Shown: positions 24,328 through 36,700 of the stretch, one piece after another
Layout of the letters: the number at the start of each line of letters is the position of its first letter
Position numbering within the stretch: the first letter of the stretch is position 1
NCBI GenBank assembly: GCA_964016885.1
Contig: OZ024766.1
Location: 12,400,001 to 12,464,000 of the forward strand
DNA length: 64,000 bases
Reading direction: 5' to 3'
Origin: Eledone cirrhosa
Taxonomy: Eukaryota
Position numbers and translations under genes: made by a program
Notes under the pieces: model-generated
Databases searched by the model: none
Told to the model about the DNA's origin: nothing
The model's input: the letters and a program-made list of their open reading frames with translations, nothing else

Positions 24328-24430
24328 GAGGTACGGTTCAGACTGTAATGTCCCCTCCTCTCCCTTTCGTTGCTTGCTTGATCCCTTTTTTCCATTTCTG
24401 TTCCTTTAATAGAGTCTTTTGTTTCTAGTT

Positions 24431-24628
<198 letters not shown>

Positions 24629-24688
24629 TTGTATGTGCATATATTTTAATATATTTAATAGACTGTTTATATTATTAGATACTGCTCA

Positions 24689-24870
24689 GGGTGGATTGGC
24701 AGTATCGGTAGAAGGTCGGACGCCATGCTTTCCAGCATAGTTACGTCCCTTTACGATCTGAGTTCAGTTTCCGCCGAGGTTGACTTTGCCTTTCATCCTT
24801 ACGGGGTAGATAAAATAAAGTACCAGTAATACACTGGGTAATTGCTGGCCTTGTGCCAAAAGTAGAAACA
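24689..24870 (+). mobile_element. tRNA-derived SINE with Deu/Nin-like core, octopod-type, with 18-bp target-site duplication
   Basis: A-box-like TGGCAGTATCGG, B-box-like GAGTTCAGTTTCC, core GAGGTTGACTTTGCCTTTCATCCTTACGGGGTAGATAAAATAAAGTACCAG, tail CCTTGTGCCAAAAGTAGAAACA. Flanked by ATTATTAGATACTGCTCA at 24671-24688 and 24871-24888. Family assignment is from recalled similarity. Confidence 0.85.
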
Positions 24871-24959
24871 ATTATTAGATACTGCTCAATAAATATTTAT
24901 ATAATATCAATATCTTTTCATGACATTTTGTAAGATTTTCTATATTAAATATGTTTGAT

Positions 24960-27900
24960 TCTACCTGTAAATGTAAGACATACTCTACCTGTAAATGTAA
25001 GACATACTCTACCTGTAAATGTAAGACATACTCTACCTGTAAATGTAGGACATACTCTACCTGTAAATGTAAGACATACTCTACCTGTAAATATAAGACA
25101 TACTCTACCTGTAAGACATACTCTACCTGTAAATGTAAGACATACTCTACCTGTAAATATAAGACATACTCTACCTGTAAATGTAGGACATACTCTACCT
25201 GTAAATGTAAGACATACTCTACCTGTAAATATAAGACATACTCTACCTGTAAGACATACTCTACCTGTAAATGTAAGACATACTCTACCTGTAAATATAA
25301 GACATACTCTACCTGTAAATATAAGACATACTCTACCTGTAAATGTAAGACATACTCTACCTGTAAATGTAAGACATACTCTACCTGTAAATGTAAGACA
25401 TACTCTACCTGTAAATGTAAGACATACTCTACCTGTAAGACATACTCTACCTGTAAATATAAGACATACTCTACCTGTAAATATAAGACATACTCTACTT
25501 GTAAATATAAGACATACTCTACCTGTAAATATAAGACATACTCTACCTGTAAATATAAGACATACTCTACCTGTAAATGTAAGACATACTCTACCTGTAA
25601 ATATAAGACATACTCTACCTGTAAATATAAGACATACTCTACCTGTAAATGTAAGACATACTCTACCTGTAAATATAAGACATACTCTACCTGTAAATGT
25701 AAGACATACTCTACCTGTAAATGTAAGACATACTCTACCTGTAAATGTAAGACATACTCTACCTGTAAGACATACTCTACCTGTAAATATAAGACATACT
25801 CTACCTGTAAATATAAGACATACTCTACCTGTAAATGTAAGACATACTCTACCTGTAAATATAAGACATACTCTACCTGTAAATATAAGACATACTCTAC
25901 CTGTAAATATAAGACATACTCTACCTGTAAATGTAAGACATACTCTACCTGTAAATATAAGACATACTCTACCTGTAAATATAAGACATACTCTACCTGT
26001 AAATGTAAGACATACTCTACCTGTAAATGTAAGACATACTCTACCTGTAAATATAAGACATACTCTACCTGTAAATATAAGACATACTCTACCTGTAAAT
26101 GTAAGACATACTCTACCTGTAAATATAAGACATACTCTACCTGTAAATGTAAGACATACTCTACCTGTAAATATAAGACATACTCTACCTGTAAATGTAA
26201 GACATACTCTACCTGTAAATATAAGACATACTCTACCTGTAAATGTAAGACATACTCTACCTGTAAATATAAGACATACTCTACCTGTAAATGTAAGACA
26301 TACTCTACCTGTAAATATAAGACATACTCTACCTGTAAATGTAGGACATACTCTACCTGTAAATGTAAGACATACTCTACCTGTAAATATAAGACATACT
26401 CTACCTGTAAATGTAAGACATACTCTACCTGTAAATGTAGGACATACTCTACCTGTAAATATAAGACATACTCTACCTGTAAATGTAAGACATACTCTAC
26501 CTGTAAATGTAAGACATACTCTACCTGTAAATATAAGACATACTCTACCTGTAAATATAAGACATACTCTACCTGTAAATATAAGACATACTCTACCTGT
26601 AAATGTAAGACATACTCTACCTGTAAATGTAGGACATACTCTACCTGTAAATGTAAGACATACTCTACCTGTAAGACATACTCTACCTGTAAATATAAGA
26701 CATACTCTACCTGTAAATGTAAGACATACTCTACCTGTAAATATAAGACATACTCTACCTGTAAATATAAGACATACTCTACCTGTAAATGTAGGACATA
26801 CTCTACCTGTAAATATAAGACATACTCTACCTGTAAATGTAAGACATACTCTACCTGTAAATGTAAGACATACTCTACCTGTAAATATAAGACATACTCT
26901 ACCTGTAAATATAAGACATACTCTACCTGTAAATATAAGACATACTCTACCTGTAAATATAAGACATACTCTACCTGTAAATGTAAGACATACTCTACCT
27001 GTAAATATAAGACATACTCTACCTGTAAGACATACTCTACCTGTAAATATAAGACATACTCTACCTGTAAATATAAGACATACTCTACCTGTAAATATAA
27101 GACATACTCTACCTGTAAATATAAGACATACTCTACCTGTAAGACATACTCTACCTGTAAATATAAGACATACTCTACCTGTAAATATAAGACATACTCT
27201 ACCTGTAAATGTAAGACATACTCTACCTGTAAATATAAGACATACTCTACCTGTAAATATAAGACATACTCTACCTGTAAATGTAAGACATACTCTACCT
27301 GTAAATATAAGACATACTCTACCTGTAAATGTAAGACATACTCTACCTGTAAATGTAAGACATACTCTACCTGTAAGACATACTCTACCTGTAAATGTAA
27401 GACATACTCTACCTGTAAGACATACTCTACCTGTAAATATAAGACATACTCTACCTGTAAATATAAGACATACTCTACCTGTAAATATAAGACATACTCT
27501 ACCTGTAAATGTAAGACATACTCTACCTGTAAATATAAGACATACTCTACCTGTAAATATAAGACATACTCTACCTGTAAATGTAAGACATACTCTACCT
27601 GTAAATGTAAGACATACTCTACCTGTAAATATAAGACATACTCTACCTGTAAATATAAGACATACTCTACCTGTAAATGTAAGACATACTCTACCTGTAA
27701 ATATAAGACATACTCTACCTGTAAATATAAGACATACTCTACCTGTAAATGTAAGACATACTCTACCTGTAAATGTAAGACATACTCTACCTGTAAATAT
27801 AAGACATACTCTACCTGTAAATATAAGACATACTCTACCTGTAAATGTAAGACATACTCTACCTGTAAATATAAGACATACTCTACCTGTAAATGTAAGA

Positions 27901-30679
27901 CATACTCTACCTGTAAATATAAGACATACTCTACCTGTAAATGTAAGACATACTCTACCTGTAAATATAAGACATACTCTACCTGTAAATGTAGGACATA
28001 CTCTACCTGTAAATGTAAGACATACTCTACCTGTAAATGTAAGACATACTCTACCTGTAAATGTAAGACATACTCTACCTGTAAATATAAGACATACTCT
28101 ACCTGTAAATATAAGACATACTCTACCTGTAAATGTAAGACATACTCTACCTGTAAATATAAGACATACTCTACCTGTAAATGTAAGACATACTCTACCT
28201 GTAAATATAAGACATACTCTACCTGTAAATGTAAGACATACTCTACCTGTAAATGTAAGACATACTCTACCTGTAAATATAAGACATACTCTACCTGTAA
28301 ATGTAGGACATACTCTACCTGTAAATATAAGACATACTCTACCTGTAAATATAAGACATACTCTACCTGTAAATGTAAGACATACTCTACCTGTAAATAT
28401 AAGACATACTCTACCTGTAAATATAAGACATACTCTACCTGTAAATATAAGACATACTCTACCTGTAAATATAAGACATACTCTACCTGTAAATGTAAGA
28501 CATACTCTACCTGTAAATATAAGACATACTCTACCTGTAAATGTAGGACATACTCTACCTGTAAATATAAGACATACTCTACCTGTAAATATAAGACATA
28601 CTCTACCTGTAAATGTAAGACATACTCTACCTGTAAATATAAGACATACTCTACCTGTAAATGTAAGACATACTCTACCTGTAAATGTAAGACATACTCT
28701 ACCTGTAAATATAAGACATACTCTACCTGTAAATGTAAGACATACTCTACCTGTAAATATAAGACATACTCTACCTGTAAATGTAAGACATACTCTACCT
28801 GTAAATATAAGACATACTCTACCTGTAAATGTAGGACATACTCTACCTGTAAATATAAGACATACTCTACCTGTAAATATAAGACATACTCTACCTGTAA
28901 ATGTAAGACATACTCTACCTGTAAATATAAGACATACTCTACCTGTAAATGTAGGACATACTCTACCTGTAAATATAAGACATACTCTACCTGTAAATAT
29001 AAGACATACTCTACCTGTAAATGTAAGACATACTCTACCTGTAAATATAAGACATACTCTACCTGTAAATGTAAGACATACTCTACCTGTAAATATAAGA
29101 CATACTCTACCTGTAAATGTAAGACATACTCTACCTGTAAATATAAGACATACTCTACCTGTAAATATAAGACATACTCTACCTGTAAATATAAGACATA
29201 CTCTACCTGTAAATGTAAGACATACTCTACCTGTAAATATAAGACATACTCTACCTGTAAATGTAGGACATACTCTACCTGTAAATATAAGACATACTCT
29301 ACCTGTAAATATAAGACATACTCTACCTGTAAATGTAAGACATACTCTACCTGTAAATATAAGACATACTCTACCTGTAAATATAAGACATACTCTACCT
29401 GTAAATATAAGACATACTCTACCTGTAAATATAAGACATACTCTACCTGTAAATGTAAGACATACTCTACCTGTAAATATAAGACATACTCTACCTGTAA
29501 ATGTAAGACATACTCTACCTGTAAATGTAAGACATACTCTACCTGTAAGACATACTCTACCTGTAAATATAAGACATACTCTACCTGTAAATATAAGACA
29601 TACTCTACCTGTAAATATAAGACATACTCTACCTGTAAATGTAAGACATACTCTACCTGTAAATGTAAGACATACTCTACCTGTAAATGTAAGACAAACT
29701 CTACCTGTAAATGTAAGACATACTCTACCTGTAAGACATACTCTACCTGTAAATATAAGACATACTCTACCTGTAAATATAAGACATACTCTACCTGTAA
29801 ATATAAGACATACTCTACCTGTAAATGTAAGACATACTCTACCTGTAAATATAAGACATACTCTACCTGTAAATATAAGACATACTCTACCTGTAAATAT
29901 AAGACATACTCTACCTGTAAATATAAGACATACTCTACCTGTAAATATAAGACATACTCTACCTGTAAATATAAGACATACTCTACCTGTAAATATAAGA
30001 CATACTCTACCTGTAAATATAAGACATACTCTACCTGTAAATATAAGACATACTCTACCTGTAAATATAAGACATACTCTACCTGTAAATATAAGACATA
30101 CTCTACCTGTAAATATAAGACATACTCTACCTGTAAATGTAAGACATACTCTACCTGTAAATGTAAGACATACTCTACCTGTAAATATAAGACATACTCT
30201 ACCTGTAAATATAAGACATACTCTACCTGTAAATGTAAGACATACTCTACCTGTAAATATAAGACATACTCTACCTGTAAATGTAAGACATACTCTACCT
30301 GTAAATATAAGACATACTCTACCTGTAAATGTAAGACATACTCTACCTGTAAATATAAGACATACTCTACCTGTAAATATAAGACATACTCTACCTGTAA
30401 ATATAAGACATACTTTACCTGTAAATGTAAGACATACTCTACCTGTAAATATAAGACATACTCTACCTGTAAGACATACTCTACCTGTAAATATAAGACA
30501 TACTCTACCTGTAAGACATACTTTACCTGTAAATATAAGACATACTCTACCTGTAAATGTAAGACATACTCTACCTGTAAATGTAAGACATACTCTACCT
30601 GTAAATATAAGACATACTCTACCTGTAAATGTAAGACATACTCTACCTGTAAATGTAAGACATACTCTACCTGTAAATA
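24960..30679. repeat. 24-bp satellite (~240 copies, 5.7 kb; TCTACCTGTAAAT(A/G)TAAGACATAC) with 18-bp deletion variants
   Basis: 24-bp period; A/G dimorphism; AGG variant; recurrent 6-bp deletion giving CCTGTAAGAC. Confidence 0.99.
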
Positions 30680-30684
30680 ATTAA

Positions 30685-30785
30685 ATAGTTGGCTTTGTTG
30701 GAAAACTGATGGAGTTTCTTTTCCATAAGATATTCAGCTTTACTTTGGCAGAAGTGACCAGGGTGAGTCTTAGCAGTATCTCCTT
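30685..30785 (-). mobile_element. RTE-clade LINE ORF segment leading out of the 40-bp array
   Basis: Minus strand reads without interruption KEILLRLTLVTSAKVKLNILWKRNSISFPTK, matching the post-RT RTE pattern EIxxRIxxATSAMxKLxxIWKxxxISFxTK. Confidence 0.8.
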
Positions 30786-33700
30786 TGGCAGAAGTGACCA
30801 GAGTGAGTCTTAGCAGTATCTCCTTTGGCAGAAGTGACCAGGGTGAGTCTTAGCAGTATCTCCTTTGACAGAAGTGACCAGGGTGAGTCTTAGCAGTACC
30901 TCCTTTGGCAGAAGTGACCAGGGTGAGTCTTAGCAGTACCTCCTTTGGCAGAAGTGGCCAGGGTGAGTCTTAGCAGTATCTCCTTTGGCAGAAGTGACCA
31001 GGGTGAGTCTTAGCACTATCTCCTTTGGCAGAAGTGACCAGGGTGAGTCTTAGCAGTACCTCCTTTGGCAGAAGTGACCAGGGTGAGTCTTAGCAGTATC
31101 TCCTTTGGCAGAAGTGACCAGGGTGAGTCTTAGCAGTATCTCCTTTGGCAGAAGTGACCAGGGTGAGTCTTAGCAGTATCTTGGCAGAAGTGACCAGGGT
31201 GAGTCTTAGCAGTACCTCCTTTGACAGAAGTGACCAGGGTGAGTCTTAGCAGTATCTCCTTTGGCAGAAGTGACCAGGGTGAGTCTTAGCAGTACCTCCT
31301 TTGGCAGAAGTGACCAGGGTGAGTCTTAACAGTACCTCCTTTAGCAGAAGTGACCAGGGTGAGTCTTAGCAGTGTCTCCTTTGGCAGAAGTGACCAGGGT
31401 GAATCTTAGCAGTATCTCCTTTGGCAGAAGTGACCAGGGTGAGTCTTAGCAGTACCTCCTTTGGCAGAAGTGACCAGGGTGAGTCTTAGCAGTACCTCCT
31501 TTGGCAGAAGTGACCAGGGTGAGTCTTAGCAGTACCTCCTTTGGCAGAAGTGACCAGGGTGAGTCTTAGCAGTATCTCCTTTGACAGAAGTGACCAGGGT
31601 GAGTCTTAGCAGTACCTCCTATGGCAGAAGTGACCAGGGTGAGTCTTAGCAGTACCTCCTTTTGCAGAAGTGACCAAGTGAGTCTTAGCAGTACCTCCTT
31701 TGGCAGAAGTGACCAGGGTGAGTCTTAGCAGTACCTCCTTTGGCAGAAGTGACCAGGGTGAGTCTTAGCAGTATCTCCTTTGGCAGAAGTGACCAGGGTG
31801 AGTCTTAGCAGTATCTCCTTTGGCAGAAGTGACCAGGGTGAGTCTTAGCAGTATCTTGGCAGAAGTGACCAGGGTGAGTCTTAGCAGTACCTCCTTTGAC
31901 AGAAGTGACCAGGGTGAGTCTTAGCAGTATCTCCTTTGGCAGAAGTGACCAGGGTGAGTCTTAGCAGTACCTCCTTTGGCAGAAGTGACCAGGGTGAGTC
32001 TTAGCAGTACCTCATTTGGCAGAAGTGACCAGGGTGAGTCTTAGCAGTACCTCCTTTTGCAGAAGTGACCAGGGTGAGTCTTAGCAGTACCTCCTTTGGC
32101 AGAAGTGACCAGGGTGAGTCTTAGCAGTACCTCCTTTGGCAGAAGTGACCAGGGTGAGTCTTAGCAGTATCTCCTTTGACAGAAGTGACCAGGGTGAGTC
32201 TTAGCAGTACCTCCTTTGGCAGAAGTGACCAGGGTGAGTCTTAGCAGTACCTCCTTTGGCAGAAGTGACCAGGGTGAGTCTTAGCAGTACCTCCTTTTGC
32301 AGAAGTGACCAGGGTGAGTCTTAGCAGTACCTCCTTTGGCAGAAGTGACCAGGGTGAGTCTTAGCAGTATCTCCTTTGGCAGAAGTGACCAGGGTGAGTC
32401 TTAGCAGTATCTCCTTTGGCAGAAGTGACCAGGGTGAGTCTTAGCACTATCTCCTTTGGCAGAAGTGACCAGGGTGAGTCTTAGCAGTACCTCCTTTGGC
32501 AGAAGTGACCAGGGTGAGTCTTAGCAGTATCTCCTTTGGCAGAAGTGACCAGGGTGAGTCTTAGCAGTACCTCCTTTGGCAGAAGTCACCAGGGTGAGTC
32601 TTAGCAGTATCTCCTTTGGCAGAAGTGACCAGGGTGAGTCTTAGCACTATCTCGTTTGACAGAAGTGACCAGGGTGAGTCTTAGCAGTACCTCCTTTGGC
32701 AGAAGTCACCAGGGTGAGTCTTAGCAGTACCTCCTTTGGCAGAAGTGACCAGGGTGAGTCTTAGCAGTATCTCCTTTGGCAGAAGTGACCAGGGTGAGTC
32801 TTAGCAGTACCTCCTTTGGCAGAAGTGACCAGGGTGAGTCTTAGCAGTACCTCCTTTGGCAGAAGTGACCAGGGTGAGTCTTAGCAGTACCTCCTTTGGC
32901 AGAAGTGACCAGGGTGAGTCTTAGCAGTATCTCCTTTGACAGAAGTGACCAGGGTGAGTCTTAGCAGTACCTCCTTTGGCAGAAGTGACCAGGGTGAGTC
33001 TTAGCAGTACCTCCTTTGGCAGAAGTGACCAGGGTGAGTCTTAGCAGTATCTCCTTTGGCAGAAGTGACCAGGGTGAGTCTTAGCAGTACCTCCTTTGGC
33101 AGAAGTGACCAGGGTGAGTCTTAGCAGTATCTCCTTTGGCAGAAGTGACCAGGGTGAGTCTTAGCAGTATCTCCTTTGGCAGAAGTGACCAGGGTGAGTC
33201 TTAGCAGTATCTTGGCAGAAGTGACCAGGGTGAGTCTTAGCAGTACCTCCTTTGACAGAAGTGACCAGGGTGAGTCTTAGCAGTGTCTCCTTTGGCAGAA
33301 GTGACCAGGGTGAGTCTTAGCAGTACCTCCTTTGGCAGAAGTGACCAGGGTGAGTCTTAGCAGTATCTCCTTTGGCAGAAGTGACCAGGGTGAGTCTTAG
33401 CAGTATCTCCTTTGGCAGAAGTGACCAGGGTGAGTCTTAGCAGTACCTCCTTTGGCAGAAGTGACCAGGGTGAGTCTTAACAGTACCTCCTTTGGCAGAA
33501 GTGACCAGGGTGAGTCTTAGCAGTGTCTCCTTTGGCAGAAGTGACCAGGGTGAATCTTAGCAGTATCTCCTTTGGCAGAAGTGACCAGGGTGAGTCTTAG
33601 CAGTACCTCCTTTGGCAGAAGTGACCAGGGTGAGTCTTAGCAGTACCTCCTTTGGCAGAAGTGACCAGGGTGAGTCTTAGCAGTACCTCCTTTGGCAGAA

Positions 33701-36700
33701 GTGACCAGGGTGAGTCTTAGCAGTATCTCCTTTGACAGAAGTGACCAGGGTGAGTCTTAGCAGTACCTCCTTTGGCAGAAGTGACCAGGGTGAGTCTTAG
33801 CAGTACCTCATTTGGCAGAAGTGACCAGGGTGAGTCTTAGCAGTACCTCCTTTTGCAGAAGTGACCAGGGTGAGTCTTAGCAGTACCTCCTTTGGCAGAA
33901 GTGACCAGGGTGAGTCTTAGCAGTATCTCCTTTGGCAGAAGTGACCAGGGTGAGTCTTAGCAGTATCTCCTTTGGCAGAAGTGACCAGGGTGAGTCTTAG
34001 CAGTACCTCCTTTTGCAGAAGTGACCAGGGTGAGTCTTAGCAGTACCTCCTTTGGCAGAAGTGACCAGGGTGAGTCTTAGCAGTATCTCCTTTGGCAGAA
34101 GTGACCAGGGTGAGTCTTAGCAGTATCTCCTTTGGCAGAAGTGACCAGGGTGAGTCTTAGCACTATCTCCTTTGGCAGAAGTGACCAGGGTGAGTCTTAG
34201 CAGTACCTCCTTTGGCAGAAGTGACCAGGGTGAGTCTTAGCAGTATCTCCTTTGGCAGAAGTGACCAGGGTGAGTCTTAGCAGTACCTCCTTTGGCAGAA
34301 GTCACCAGGGTGAGTCTTAGCAGTATCTCCTTTGGCAGAAGTGACCAGGGTGAGTCTTAGCACTATCTCGTTTGACAGAAGTGACCAGGGTGAGTCTTAG
34401 CAGTACCTCCTTTGGCAGAAGTCACCAGGGTGAGTCTTAGCAGTACCTCCTTTGGCAGAAGTGACCAGGGTGAGTCTTAGCAGTATCTCCTTTGGCAGAA
34501 GTGACCAGGGTGAGTTTTAGCAGTACCTCCTTTGGCAGAAGTGACCAGGGTGAGTCTTAGCAGTACCTCCTTTGGCAGAAGTGACCAGGGTGAGTCTTAG
34601 CAGTACCTCCTTTGGCAGAAGTGACCAGGGTGAGTCTTAGCAGTATCTCCTTTGACAGAAGTGACCAGGGTGAGTCTTAGCAGTACCTCCTTTGGCAGAA
34701 GTGACCAGGGTGAGTCTTAGCAGTACCTCCTTTGGCAGAAGTGACCAGGGTGAGTCTTAGCAGTATCTCCTTTGGCAGAAGTGACCAGGGTGAGTCTTAG
34801 CAGTACCTCCTTTGGCAGAAGTGACCAGGGTGAGTCTTAGCAGTATCTCCTTTGGCAGAAGTGACCAGGGTGAGTCTTAGCAGTATCTCCTTTGGCAGAA
34901 GTGACCAGGGTGAGTCTTAGCAGTATCTTGGCAGAAGTGACCAGGGTGAGTCTTAGCAGTACCTCCTTTGACAGAAGTGACCAGGGTGAGTCTTAGCAGT
35001 GTCTCCTTTGGCAGAAGTGACCAGGGTGAGTCTTAGCAGTACCTCCTTTGGCAGAAGTGACCAGGGTGAGTCTTAGCAGTATCTCCTTTGGCAGAAGTGA
35101 CCAGGGTGAGTCTTAGCAGTATCTCCTTTGGCAGAAGTGACCAGGGTGAGTCTTAGCAGTACCTCCTTTGGCAGAAGTGACCAGGGTGAGTCTTAACAGT
35201 ACCTCCTTTGGCAGAAGTGACCAGGGTGAGTCTTAGCAGTGTCTCCTTTGGCAGAAGTGACCAGGGTGAATCTTAGCAGTATCTCCTTTGGCAGAAGTGA
35301 CCAGGGTGAGTCTTAGCAGTACCTCCTTTGGCAGAAGTGACCAGGGTGAGTCTTAGCAGTACCTCCTTTGGCAGAAGTGACCAGGGTGAGTCTTAGCAGT
35401 ACCTCCTTTGGCAGAAGTGACCAGGGTGAGTCTTAGCAGTATCTCCTTTGACAGAAGTGACCAGGGTGAGTCTTAGCAGTACCTCCTTTGGCAGAAGTGA
35501 CCAGGGTGAGACTTAGCAGTACCTCATTTGGCAGAAGTGACCAGGGTGAGTCTTAGCAGTACCTCCTTTTGCAGAAGTGACCAGGGTGAGTCTTAGCAGT
35601 ACCTCCTTTGGCAGAAGTGACCAGGGTGAGTCTTAGCAGTATCTCCTTTGGCAGAAGTGACCAGGGTGAGTCTTAGCAGTATCTCCTTTGGCAGAAGTGA
35701 CCAGGGTGAGTCTTAGCACTATCTCCTTTGGCAGAAGTGACCAGGGTGAGTCTTAGCAGTACCTCCTTTGGCAGAAGTGACCAGGGTGAGTCTTAGCAGT
35801 ATCTCCTTTGGCAGAAGTGACCAGGGTGAGTCTTAGCAGTACCTCCTTTGACAGAAGTGACCAGGGTGAGTCTTAGCACTATCTCCTTTGGCAGAAGTGA
35901 CCAGGGTGAGTCTTAGCAGTATCTCCTTTGGCAGAAGTGACCAGGGTGAGTCTTAGCAGTATCTCCTTTGGCAGAAGTGACCAGGGTGAGTCTTAGTAGT
36001 ACCTCCTTTGGCAGAAGTGACCAGGGTGAGTCTTAGTAGTACCTCATTTGGCAGAAGTGACCAGGGTGAGTCTTAGCACTATCTCCTTTGGCAGAAGTGA
36101 CCAGGGTGAGTCTTAGCAGTACCTCCTTTGACAGAAGTGACCAGGGTGAGTCTTAGCAGTACCTCCTTTGGCAGAAGTGACCAGGGTGAGTCTTAGCAGT
36201 ACCTCCTTTGGCAGAAGTGACCAGGGTGAGTCTTAGCAGTACCTCCTTTGGCAGAAGTGACCAGGGTGAGTCTTAGCAGTATCTCCTTTGGCAGAAGTGA
36301 CCAGGGTGAGTCTTAGCACTATCTCCTTTGGCAGAAGTGACCAGGGTGAGTCTTAGCAGTATCTCCTTTGGCAGAAGTGACCAGGGTGAGTCTTAGCAGT
36401 ACCTCCTTTGGCAGAAGTGACCAGGGTGAGTCTTAGCAGTACCTCCTTTGGCAGAAGTGACCAGGGTGAGTCTTAGTAGTACCTCCTTTGGCAGAAGTGA
36501 CCAGGGTGAGTCTTAGCAGTATCTCCTTTGGCAGAAGTGACCAGGGTGAGTCTTAGCAGTATCTCCTTTGGCAGAAGTGACCAGGGTGAGTCTTAGCAGT
36601 ACCTCCTTTGGCAGAAGTGACCAGGGTGAGTCTTAGCAGTACCTCCTTTGATAGAAGTGACCAGGGTGAGTCTTAGCAGTACCTCCTTTGACAGAAGTGA

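Noticed and set aside
24689-24775. tRNA gene
   Set aside because: Only A/B-box-like remnants as the head of a SINE; no cloverleaf evident.
24951-30684. 1,909-aa Cys/Lys/Tyr-rich (TYSTCKCK) and HTLPVNVR repeat proteins
   Set aside because: Two overlapping frames are open for the whole array and end at its edge, which is a property of the 24-bp unit. There is no signal peptide or unique domain. RNA-seq or proteomics would be needed to revive the idea.
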